DNA from: Anaeramoeba ignava BMAN
Taxonomy: Eukaryota > Protista > Anaeramoebae
Length of the DNA: 64,000 nt
NCBI GenBank assembly: GCA_028826165.1
Contig: JAPDFW010000059.1
Coordinates: 992,001-1,056,000, forward strand
Reading direction: 5' to 3'
Shown here: positions 13,155 through 25,100 of the stretch, piece by piece
Layout of the letters: the number at the start of each line of letters is the position of its first letter
Numbering within the stretch: position 1 is the stretch's first letter
Notes under the pieces: generated by a model
Told to the model about the DNA's origin: nothing
The model's input: the letters and a program-made list of their open reading frames with translations, nothing else
Database searches by the model: none
Translations under genes and position numbers: made by a program

Positions 13155-13795
13155 TTTTCTTTCATTTTTTATTTAATTTTATTTTAGATTAAATAAATAA
13201 ATAATTATTATAATTAATATTCTAATCAAAATACTAATTAATGTCAAATTAAATCAATATTAATTTAAATTATTTTATTATTAAAAAAAGAAAAAATTTT
13301 ATTAGATCTTTTTTATTTCATTTTTTATTTAATTTTATTTTAGATTAAATAAATAAATAATTATTATAATTAATATTCTAATTAAAATATTAATTAATGT
13401 CAAATTAAATCAATATTAATTTAAGTTATTTTTTGAATTAAAAAAAAAAAGAAAAAATTTTTATTAGATCTTTTTTCTTTCATTTTTTATTTAATTTTAT
13501 TTTAGATTAAATAAATAAATTATTATTATAATTAATATTATAATCAAAATATTAATTAATATCAAATTAAATCAATATTAATTTAAGTTATTTTTTGATT
13601 TAAAAAAAAAAAGGAAAAATTTGATTTTTTCTTTCATTTTTTTCATTTTTTAGATTAAATAAATAAATTATTATTATAATTAATATTATAATCAAAATAT
13701 TAATTAATATCAAATTAAATCAATATTAATTTAAGTTATTTTTTGATTTAAAAAAAAAAAGGAAAAATTTGATTTTTTTTCTTTCATTTTTTTTT
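13155..13795. repeat. ~150-160-bp minisatellite, 4 copies, between divergent NADK and HECT starts
   Basis: TTTTAGATTAAATAAATAAAT...TCAAATTAAATCAATATTAATTTAA recurs at about 13180, 13340, 13500 and 13650. Confidence 0.85.
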
Positions 13796-13851
13796 CATTT
13801 TTTTTTTCATTTTTTCATTTCAGTAATAGTCATAATATATTTGTTTTAATT

Positions 13852-16800
13852 ATGGAACAAAATCAAGATCAATTTAAAAACCTTCTTCAAAAGTAAAATC
13901 TTTTAAAAAAAAAAAGAAAAAAGAAAAAGAAAGTTGATAAAAATTCCTCAATTCTTAATTAATTTTAATTTTAATTTTAATTTTAATTTTAATTTTAATT
14001 TTAATTTTATAAATGAATTTTAATTTTAATTTTAATTTTAATTTTAATTTTATATTAAATTTGTGTGATAGATATTTTTATCAACTTTATTTAGGATGTG
14101 ATTCTATTACTTGTAAAAATAAGTATTGTCGGTCAAGTGAAAATTGGATATTTAAAAACCAACCAAAAGATCAAAATATAATTGCTGCTCAAGCTCTTCA
14201 ACTTGTCAAAACTGGAACTAAAAACTTGTGTCGAGCAAACAGACCTGAAATTAATCCCCAAAAAATTATAACATATCAAAAAATTGAGGAATATTTTGAA
14301 AAGAATCATGTCAAGGACATTTCCGAATTTGAATCTTTTATTAAAGAGGCTTTTTCTTCACAAGAATTTTATTTGAGTTTTTCTCCTGTTTGTTTTTATT
14401 TTCGTGTTCTTTATTAAATTTAATTTAATAATTTATTAATTTTTAGAATGGAGATGGGAATATTGTTTGTGATTTGGAGAATCCAGGTATTGATTTCAAA
14501 CAAATTCATGATGTATTCCAGAAAATTTTGCAAGTTGAAGTAAGAGCTTTAATTCAAATTAATTTATTAATTATTTTATAAATTATTTTATAAATTATTT
14601 TATTAATTATTTTATTAATTATTTTATTAATTATTTTATAAATTATTTTATTAATTAATTTATTAATTAATTTATTAATTATTTTATTAATTATTTTATA
14701 AATTATTTTATTAATTATTTTATTAATTATTTTATTAATTACTTTATAAATTATTTTATAAATTATTTTATTAATTATTTTATTAATTATTTTATAAATT
14801 ATTTTATTAATTATTTTATAAATTATTTTATTTATTAATTTATTAATTATTTCATAAATTATTTTATTAATTATTTTATTAATTATTTTTATAAATTATT
14901 TTATAAATTATTTTATTAATTATTTTATTAATTATTTTATAAATTATTTTATTAATTATTTTATTAATTATTTTTATTAATTATATTATTAATTATTTTA
15001 TAAATTATTTTATAAATTATTTTATTAATTATTTTATAAATTATTTTATAAATTATTTTATTTATTATTTTATTAATTAATTTATTTATTAATTTATTTA
15101 TTATTTTATTAATTATTTTATAAATTATTTTTATTAATTAATTTATTTATTAATTTATTAATTAATTTATAAATTATTTTATTAATTATTTTATTAATTA
15201 TTTTATTAATTATTTTATTAATTATTTTATTAATTATTTTATTAATTATTTTATTAATTATTTTTATAATTTATTTTATTAATTATTTTATTAATTATTT
15301 TATTAATTATATTATTAATTATATTATTAATTATTTTATTAATTATTTTATTAATTAATTTATTAATTATTTTATTAATTATTTTATTAATTATATTATT
15401 AATTATTTTATTAATTATTTTATTAATTATTTTATTAATTATTTTATTAATTATTTTATTAATTATTTTATTAATTATTTTATTAATTATTTTATTAATT
15501 ATTTTATAAATTATTTTATTAATTATTTTATTAATTATTTTATTAATTATATTATTAATTATTTTATTAATTATTTTATTAATTATTTTATAAATTATTT
15601 TATTAATTATTTTTATAAATTATTTTATTAATTATTTTATAAATTATTTTATTAATTATTTTATAAATTATTTTATTAATTATTTTATTAATTATTTTAT
15701 TAATTATTTTATTAATTATTTTATTAATTATTTTATTAATTATTTTATTAATTAATTTATTAATTATTTTATTAATTATTTTATAAATTATTTTATTAAT
15801 TATTTTATAAATTATTTTATTAATTATTTTATAAATTATTTTATTAATTATTTTATTAATTATTTTATTAATTATTTTATTAATTATTTTATTAATTATT
15901 TTATTAATTATTTTATAAATTATTTTATTAATTATATTATTAATTATTTTATTAATTATTTTATTAATTATTTTATTAATTATTTTATTAATTATTTTAT
16001 TAATTATTTTATTAATTATTTTATTAATTATTTTATTAATTATTTTATAAATTATTTTATTAATTATTTTATTAATTATTTTATTAATTATATTATTAAT
16101 TATTTTATTAATTATTTGGTAAAATTTTCGGCACTCCCAATTGGGAGATCATCCCAAAAAGTTTTGATTTGGGGGTTAAGCTTATTGAATTTTTGAAAAA
16201 ATAAAAAACCCAAAATAAATCCCAAATTATTTTTCTTTTTGATTTTATTGATTAATTTGTTAGAAAAAATCAAAATTCTTCTCCCAAAAATGAAAAATTT
16301 TTTGGGATCAAAAAATTAAAATTAATCGAAAATGTGGGGAAGAGAAATTTGGATCTTCTCCCAAAAAAAATCAAAATTATGAAAAAAAATTTTCTGAATT
16401 ATTGAAATGATTCAAACTCCTTTTTGATAGAATCAAAAGATAGAATTTTAGATAAATTGTAACTTTAAATTATTGATTTAAATAAGTCCTAAATTTTTAA
16501 TTAATTCATGTTTTTAGCAAGCGAAATGTTTTTGATTTGTCTTCTTTTGCATCTCTTGATAAATCTTCTTCCTACTCAAATCAAAAATTGAATCAGTATT
16601 CACTATCTTCTCCCAATCTATTTTATCGACTTTCTGGGAATCATTAAAGAATTTTTTCCCCATTTTTTGCGTGCTTTGTAATATAATATCGAATTTTTCA
16701 TTTCCACAATCTTTTTCTTTTTTTTTGTTGAAGGGATATTAATATTTAATTGTTTGCTTGCATCCTTCTGTAGGAAATAACTAGAATAAATGTAAAAAAA

Positions 16801-19800
16801 ACAATTATTGTCAGGTTTTTTTTTAGTTGAAAAGTTTTTGTTACTTCATTTTCGATTGGAAAGGAAGAGAATTGGATTCAATTTTTGGGCTGATTAATTT
16901 CTCCTTTAAGCTTGGAATCAGTTTCAAAGATGAATCATTGTGGATATCCAAAATGTTAGTATTAGAATTTGAATTTGATTCTTTCCTCAATTTTGACCTT
17001 TTCGGTGTTTGTTGATTCATTTGGAATCCCAAAAAAAGATAAAAATAATGGATGAGAAAAAAAGAGTAGAAATTAAATTTCGAAGGTTACAATAGATTGA
17101 GTAAGGACATGCTTTTCTTTTGGACTCATAATCTGTATCGTTTGTTGATTTTTGAATTAAATTTAAAATTTGGTTTCCAGTTAATAAATTTTTCTTCTAA
17201 CATGTATTCAAATTCCAATTTTAGATCCACTTTTTCTAACCATTGATATGTGAGAGAGTTTGGATCTAATGGATAAATATTTAATTGTTTTTGACTGCGA
17301 GAATCCCGATTCTCATCTAATTTTTTTCTCCATTTATTATCTTCCTCTTTGATAACTTGTAGAAATTCCATTAAAAGTGGCTTTTTGATGGTTAACTAAA
17401 TTATTCAGCGAACGATTATTTCTCTCTATTACATTATTAGTACGCTGTACAATTCCTTTAAAGAAATGAATATTCCATAAATTGGGAGGGAAAATGGATA
17501 ACCAAGTATGTTTAAAATAGTTCCAAAACAAGCTTTGGTTTGGGTATTTGGATTCCAATGTTTTGATTGTTGGTATTATCAGATTCGGTTCAATTAGTGT
17601 GAGAACCTCAATTTCTAGCAGCAAACTTCCAGTGGAAGATTTCATACTTTCATTCATTAGCCCTCTTTTTGTGCACCATCGTTGAAGCGCTTGTTTAAAA
17701 TGGAAGTAACACCCCACTAATTTGGAAGTGGGGAATACTTTACAAATAGCAGTTAACAAGCTTCTCTCGAAATCACAAGTAATGAATTTCGGATTCCATT
17801 TGTTTTGAAGAAGTGTATTTTTAATGTATTCGAAACATTGAACATATAACTCCATTTGCTTCCCAGTCAAAAGAGCATATATACAAGGATAATAAGTTTC
17901 AGTTTCTGAATCAAATCCCATTATCACAAGTAATTGTTTGAAGGGTTTGGGAGCAATTAAAAAGGTCCCATCAAAAAAAGATTGGGAATTTTGTAATAAC
18001 AAACCTGACAATTTATCAGTTGTCCAAATAATAAATGATTCCTTTTTATTTCCTATCATTATGGAATTGGATCCTCTCCAAAAAATCAAACCATCATCTG
18101 TTAAGGAAAAAGGGGGTTCTGTTAACATAAAGATTAGATCATAAGGGAAATGTAATTTTCTTTCTTTAGAAATTTGATTAATAATTGAGTTTTGTGATGG
18201 AAAAGATATGGGCAGATTTGTATCTTCTGATTTTTTTATCATTTTTTCTTTTACTTCCAGATATATTTGAGAAGGTGTTTTATAAAAGTTCAGTGTTTGT
18301 TTCAAAATTTCTTCTTGAAATTCATTCAGTAAGTTTTGCTTTTGCTTTTTCATTTTTTCTGCAAGGCATTCTGTAGAATGTTTCCCTCTCTCTCTATATT
18401 GTAAATCTATCGTAACGGTTAGAGTAGCAGGGCATCCTTTTCTGGAACATGCGTAATAATTGGTACCTTTTTCAGTTTTATTTTTAGACCACCAAACAAA
18501 TCCATTATAATTCATTGCAAAAATTAAAGAAAAAAATTTAATTTAATAAAATGGTAAAAAAAAAAATGAAAGAGGCATCACTCGAACGTAAGATTTTTTA
18601 AATGGATTTTTGCATTATTAACGGACTCTATTCGTTAACTATTAAAAAATATTTTATCAAAATTATTTTTTTTTCAATTCATTCTATTTAAAGACCAATT
18701 AAGATTTTTCAGAAAAAAAAAAAAATTTTTTTAAAAAAATTAAATTTGGGATCTTTTGGGATCAAATAAAAATACAAAAGAAAAAACAATAATATTTCTT
18801 CTTATTAGGAGATCATCCCAAATTGGGAGGCATTCCCAATTGGGATCGCCGAAAATTTTACCAATTATTTTATAAATTATTTTATTTATTAATTTATAAA
18901 TTATTTTATAAATTATTTTATTAATTATTTTATTAATTATTTTATAAAAGGATCCAAAAATCCAAAATTCTTTGATAACTGCAATTCGAAGACAACAGAA
19001 CAACTTAGCAACATTCGCCAGTTTTAGCAAGAAATACACATTATTACGAGCATTTTTGATATTATTTGAATGTCCACTTTTTTGGGAGCCCGAGCATTTA
19101 GAGTTGTTTTCACAACTAATTTCATCAGTATTAGCACTTCCTAACGAAGCGCAAGTTATTTTAAAAGGATGGTGGAAAAGCATCTACACAACAAATCAAT
19201 ATCAGCCAGTGGTGCGACTTCTACAAAATTTTGTGACATTCCGGATCTTAATAAACGAGCCAATATTTTCGATATTTCCAGGAAAGCATGTAGAAGACGC
19301 ATTGAAAGTACTGCAAATACTTTATTCAGTAAATGAAACACGAACCAAAGAGATCAATTACACAGAATTTTATAACGACGCGATTAACGAACGATTCAAA
19401 GTAAGAAAGAATTTCAATGCTTGGGTTTATGGCGAAGATTTTTCGTACTGCAATTATCCGTTTCTATTAAATTCCTTAACAAAATCCAAGCTAATGGCTG
19501 TTGAGTCTGAGACTCAGATGAACAATCTTGTTCGCGGCGCCATTTTCGAGTCGCTTCAAAGCGGACAATTCATGCCATTCTTTATGCTTCGTGTTAGGCG
19601 AGAGCATGTTGTTGAAGATGCATTTAATATTATTTCTGCAACTCCTTCTCACGATCTTAAAAAACAATTGCGCGTCAAGTTTGAGGAAGAGGCTGGTGTT
19701 GATGCTGGTGGTGTTAAGAAAGAGTTTTTCCAGATTATTGTTAGAGAGCTTTTTGATCCAAAATATGGAATGTTTACTTACGATGAAGAAACCCATTTTT

Positions 19801-21925
19801 ATTGGTTCAATAGAGACTCTTTGGAAACAAATTCAGAATTCTTTTTGATTGGTGCTATTTTGGGTCTTGCAATTTATAATCAAGTTATTCTCGATGTTCA
19901 TTTTCCTCCTGTTGTTTATAAAAAGCTTCTTGATAAGAAACCTACTTTAGAAGATCTCAAAATTGCAAATCCTGTTAGAATCAAAAATATTTAAATTATT
20001 TAAAATATTTAAATTAAATATTTAAATTAATTTATTTAAAATATTTTAATATTTAAATTAATATTTAAATTAATATTTAAATTAATATTTTAATTAATAT
20101 TTAAATTAAATTATTTAAATTAAATTATTTAAATTAATATTTAAATTAATATTTAAATTAATATTTAAATTATTTAAATTATTTAAAATATTTTAATATT
20201 TAAATTATTTAAATTATTTAAAATATTTAAAATATTTAAATTGACCTTTATAAAGGATCTTGGAAGAGGACTTCAAACTTTATTAGATTTTGATGGAGAT
20301 ATTAAAGAAGTCTATGATCGTAATTTCCAAATAGAATACGAATCATTTGGTCAAATCAAAACATATGATTTAAAACCTAATGCTGAAAATATCATACTAA
20401 CGGAAGAAAATAGAAAAGAATATGTCGATCTCTATGTAGAATTTGAATTAGTAAAATCTATTGAACAACAATTTAATTCTTTCCATAGAGGATTTAAGGA
20501 AGTTTGTGAAGGAATGGTTTTATCTGTAAATATTCCTAATCGAATCAATTTAAAAATCAAATCTTTTTTTCCAAAGCAAATTTTTTCAAATCAAATTGAT
20601 TCGATTTAAAACAAATTTGATTTAGTTATTGAGACCTGAAGAACTTGAACTTCTTGTTTGTGGAGATCCAATTTTTGATTTTTCTGCACTTCAAGCTGTT
20701 TGTAAATATGAAGATGGATATACCGCAACTTCACAAGTTATTAAGTAAAAAATTAATATTATTAATATTAAAATTAAAATTAAAATTAAAATTAAAATTA
20801 AAATTAAAATTAAAATTAAAATTAAAATTAAAATTATAATTAAAATTTAAAATTAAAATTTAAATTAAAATTAAAATTAAAATTAAAATTAAAATTAAAA
20901 TTAAAATTAAAATCAAAATTAAATTTAAATTTAAAATTATAATTAAAATTAAAATTAAAATTAAAATTAAAATTAAAATTGAAATTAAAATTAATATTAA
21001 AATCAAAATTAATATTAAAATTAAAATTAATATTAAAATTAAAATTAAAATTAAAATTAAAATTAAAATTAAAATTAAAATTAAAATTAAAATTAAAATT
21101 AAAATTAAAATTAAAATTAAAATCAAAATCAAAATCAAAATCAAATTTAAAATTATAATTATAATTATAATTAAAATTAAAATTAAAATTAAAATTAAAA
21201 TCAAAATTAAAATTAAAATTAAAATCAAAATCAAAATCAAATTAAAATTAAAATTAAATTAATATTTAAATCAAAATTAAAATTAAAATTAAAATTAATA
21301 TTTAAATCAAAATTAAAATTAAAATTAAAATTAAAATTAATATTAAAAATTACTAAAATCGGATAAAAATTAAAATTAAAATTAAAATTAAAATTAAAAT
21401 TAAAATTAAAATTAAAATTATAATTAAAATTAATATTAAAATTAAAATTAAAATTAGAATTATAATTAAAATTTAAAATTAAAATTTAATTTAAAATTAA
21501 AATCAAAATTAAAATCAAAATTAAAATTAAAATTAATATTAAAATTATAATTAAAATTAAAATTAAAATTAAAATTAAAATTATAATTAAAATTAAAATT
21601 AAAATTAAAATTAAAATTAAAATTAAAATTATAATTAATATTAAAATTAAAATTAAAAAGATGGTTATGGGAAATTTTATCATCATTTTCAATTGAATCT
21701 CAAAAGAAATTCCTTTTTTTTACTTGCGGAAGTGATAGAGTTCCTGTTGGTGGATTAACAGAAATGAAATTTGTTATATCAAGAAATGGACCTGATTCAG
21801 ATAGACTTCCAACAGCTCATACTTGTTTTAATCATTTATTACTTCCAGAATATACTTCAAAAGAAAAACTTCGTGAAAAATTAGAAACAGCAATTAAAAA
21901 TTCAGAAGGTTTTGGAATGTTATAG
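13852..21925 (+). CDS. HECT E3 ubiquitin ligase with N-terminal AZUL zinc domain (UBE3A/E6AP-like), 7 exons
   Basis: Exons 13852-13892, 14072-14387, 14447-14539, 18951-19973, 20256-20525, 20626-20744, 21661-21925. AZUL-like [23 protein letters not shown] motifs [14 protein letters not shown] and [12 protein letters not shown]-terminal GFGML. Confidence 0.92.
14560..16117. repeat. 12-nt microsatellite (AATTATTTTATT/A)n in HECT intron 3; continues at 18863-18945
   Basis: Direct reading; the same unit lies on both sides of the MULE. Confidence 0.95.
16118..18862 (-). mobile_element. Mutator-like (MULE) DNA transposon (2745 bp)
   Basis: TIR GGTAAAATTTTCGGC-nn-TCCCAATTGGGA at both ends. 8-bp TSD AATTATTT at 16110-16117 and 18863-18870. 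Internal MULE transposase. Confidence 0.9.
17126..18515 (-). CDS. MULE transposase with FLYWCH/WRKY-like zinc finger; C-terminal frameshift
   Basis: Motifs [11 protein letters not shown]...[38 protein letters not shown]. Removing one base from the run at 17382-17386 joins ORF 17337-18515 to ORF 17126-17371 ([16 protein letters not shown]). Confidence 0.85.
20760..21655. repeat. (AAAATT)n hexamer array filling the last HECT intron
   Basis: Direct reading between GT 20745 and AG 21660. Confidence 0.95.
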
Positions 21926-22133
21926 AATAATTATAGAATTCAAATTTTAATTCCAAAAAAAATATTTCAATTCAATATTTTTCAAAAAACAAAATTAATT
22001 TTCTCTTAAAAAATCAAAAATTTAAAAAAAAAAGAATAAATAAAAAAATATCAAAATTTGGAAGAAAATTGTTTGATTGATTTATTTATTGATTGATTTA
22101 TTTATTGATTATTTTTGAATTAAGTTTTTCTGT

Positions 22134-25100
22134 TTAAATATTATTCTTTTGCAATAATTTTGTTTTTTGTTCTTCAAATTCATTTTGATTTTCATTTTGA
22201 TTCTTTTTTCGACATTTAAAGAAAGAGAAACATTTTCCCAAAATATAAGTAAAATTTGTTTTTTTTGTTTCAGGTCCAATTAATGTAAGAATTGAAAAGA
22301 AAAATACGAATGACCATAATACACTAAATAAAATAACAAGCCATAATATAATCCCAAAATTTCTAAAAAATAATATAATTGTAAAAAATAAAACAAATGC
22401 TGCTCCTAATGTTGTTACTGCTGCTGAAAATACTGAAATTCCTAAATCAGTCATTGCATATCTAACTTTTAAATATCTTGTTGGTAAATTTCGATGAGTA
22501 TAAGCATGTGCAAAATGAACAACATAATCTATTTAAAAATATTATATTAATTCAAAATATTATATCAATTAAAAATATTAAATTAATTCCAAAATATTAA
22601 ATTTATTCCAAAATATTTTATTAATTCAAAATATTATATTAATTTAAAATATTATATTAATTCAAAATATTATATTAATCCAAAATATTATATTTATTTC
22701 AAATATTATATCAATTCAAAATATTATATTTATTCAAAATATTATATTTATTCAAAATATTATATTTATTCAAAATATTATATTTATTCAAAATATTATA
22801 TTTATTCAAAATATTATATTAATTCAAAATATTATATTTCAAAATATTTTATTAATTCAAAATATTATATTTATTCAAAATATTATATTAATCCAAAATA
22901 TTATATTTATTCCAAAATATTATATTAATTTAAAAATATATTTATTCCAAAAATATTATATTTATTTCAAAATATTATATTAGTTTAAAATATTATATTT
23001 ATTTAAAAATTATATTAATTTAAAATATTATATTAATTTAAAATATTATATTATTTAAAATATTATATTAAATTAAAATATTATATTAAATTAAAATATA
23101 TTATTTAAAAATATTATATTAATTTAAAATATTTTATTAATTCAAAATATTATATTTATTCAAAATATTATATTAATTAAAAATATTATATTATTTAAAA
23201 ATATTATATTTATTTCAAATATTATATTAATTCCAAATATTATATTAATTCAAAATATTATATTAATTCAAAATATTATATTTATTTAAAATATTGTATT
23301 AATCCAAAATATTATATTTATTCCAAAATTTTATATCAATTCAAAATATTATATTAATTTAAAAATATAATATTATTTATTATTGAAAACTTACCAATAC
23401 TAACTCCAACAATAATTGTAAGTGTAACTGATTCAATAATTCCAAGTTCCCAACCAATAGCAACAATAACTCCAATTACACAAAGAACAATTCCCAAAAT
23501 TGAGAAAAGTGAAAAAAAACTTGTAATAATATTATCAGTTGATATCATAATAACAACAGCAGCAATACAAAATGAAGTTATCATATTATATAAGGCAACA
23601 GTTATCAAACTTTCTTCTGTTAACATTCTTATCCAAATATCACATGCACTAAATGCACCACTCATTCCAGTTGGTGCATTATCATTAATTTTTTGAACAA
23701 AATCTTGAAGATCATCAAAATAAGGACGTGTTTTTTTGGCTGGATCTCTATCTCCTAATGTAAGATTAGCAATAATTGCAAAATATAGAAGTCTTGATGT
23801 TTTTTCATCAAATCTAATTCCTGCTTGATAATATGATCGAACTTTGAATGATTCTGCATCAACTATTTAATTTTAATTTTAATTTTAATTTTGATTTTAA
23901 TTATAATTTTGATTTTGATTTTGATTTTGATTTTAATTTTAATTTTAATTTTGATTTTGATTTTGATTTTGATTTTGATTTTGATTTTGATTATAATTTT
24001 GATTTTAATTTTAATTTTGATTTTGATTTTAATTTTAATTTTGATTTTAATTTTAATTTTGATTTTGATTTTGATTTTAATTTTGATTTTAATTTTGATT
24101 TTGATTTTTAATTTTGATTTTGATTTTGATTTTGATTTTGATTTTAATTTTAATTTTAATTTTAATTTTAATTTTGATTTTAATTTAAATTTTAATTTTA
24201 ATTTTGATTTTGATTTTAATTTTAATTTTAATTTTGATTTTAATTTTGATTTTGATTTTGATTTTGATTTTAATTTTTACCTGTATCATCTCCATAATAT
24301 TGAGCATAAGAAAGAAGTGCTGTATTAAATATTGAACTATTTACAGGAAATCCATTATATTCTCCTGATAGTGTTAAATTATTAATATAATCTCTAAAAT
24401 CTTCCATAAAACAAAATATTTGGTGATCTTTAATAACAGATAAATTTCTAACTTTTTGACAAACATCAATAAAATATAATTGAGCTTCTTCTGTTGTTGG
24501 ATTCCAATCTCCATCATAAATAACTTCTCCTAAATTTTCTGTATCCATTGGATCAACAGTACTTCGATCCAATCCACTAATTCCCCATCCAATATGATAT
24601 CCATATGGAACATCAGCCATTTGAAAGTAACTGTTTTGAATATCAAATGGTCTTCTTATAGGATTATTCTTTTTAAGAAATTGAGCTGGTTCTGATGCTG
24701 GTTGTAAGTGTGTTGTTCCAAAAATTCCAAGTCCCTTTTGTTTTTTTGAATAAAATAAATAAATAAATCAATAATAAAATCAATTATTAAATCAATAAAT
24801 AAATCAATAAATAAATCAATAATTAAATTAATAATTAAATCAATAATTAAATCAATAATTAAATTAATAATTAAATCTTAATTAAATTAATAAATAAATC
24901 AATAAATAAATCAATAATTAAATCAATAATTAAATCAATAATTAAATTAATAATTAAATCAATAATTAAATTAATAATTAAATTAATAATTAAATCAATA
25001 AATAAATTAATAATTAAATTAATAAATAAATCAATAAATAAATCAATAATTAAATTAATAATTTACCATCATTATTAAAAATAATATTATCAAAAATATT

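Noticed and set aside
20860-21692. Long ILILIL, DFDFDF, KIKIKI and FIFIFI ORFs here and at 23848-24328, 38373-39005, 40633-40953, 43473-44256, 51041-51322, 56767-57503 and 61962-62408
   Set aside because: Stop-free frames of microsatellites whose unit length is a multiple of 3. They lie in introns or intergenic arrays and are not proteins.
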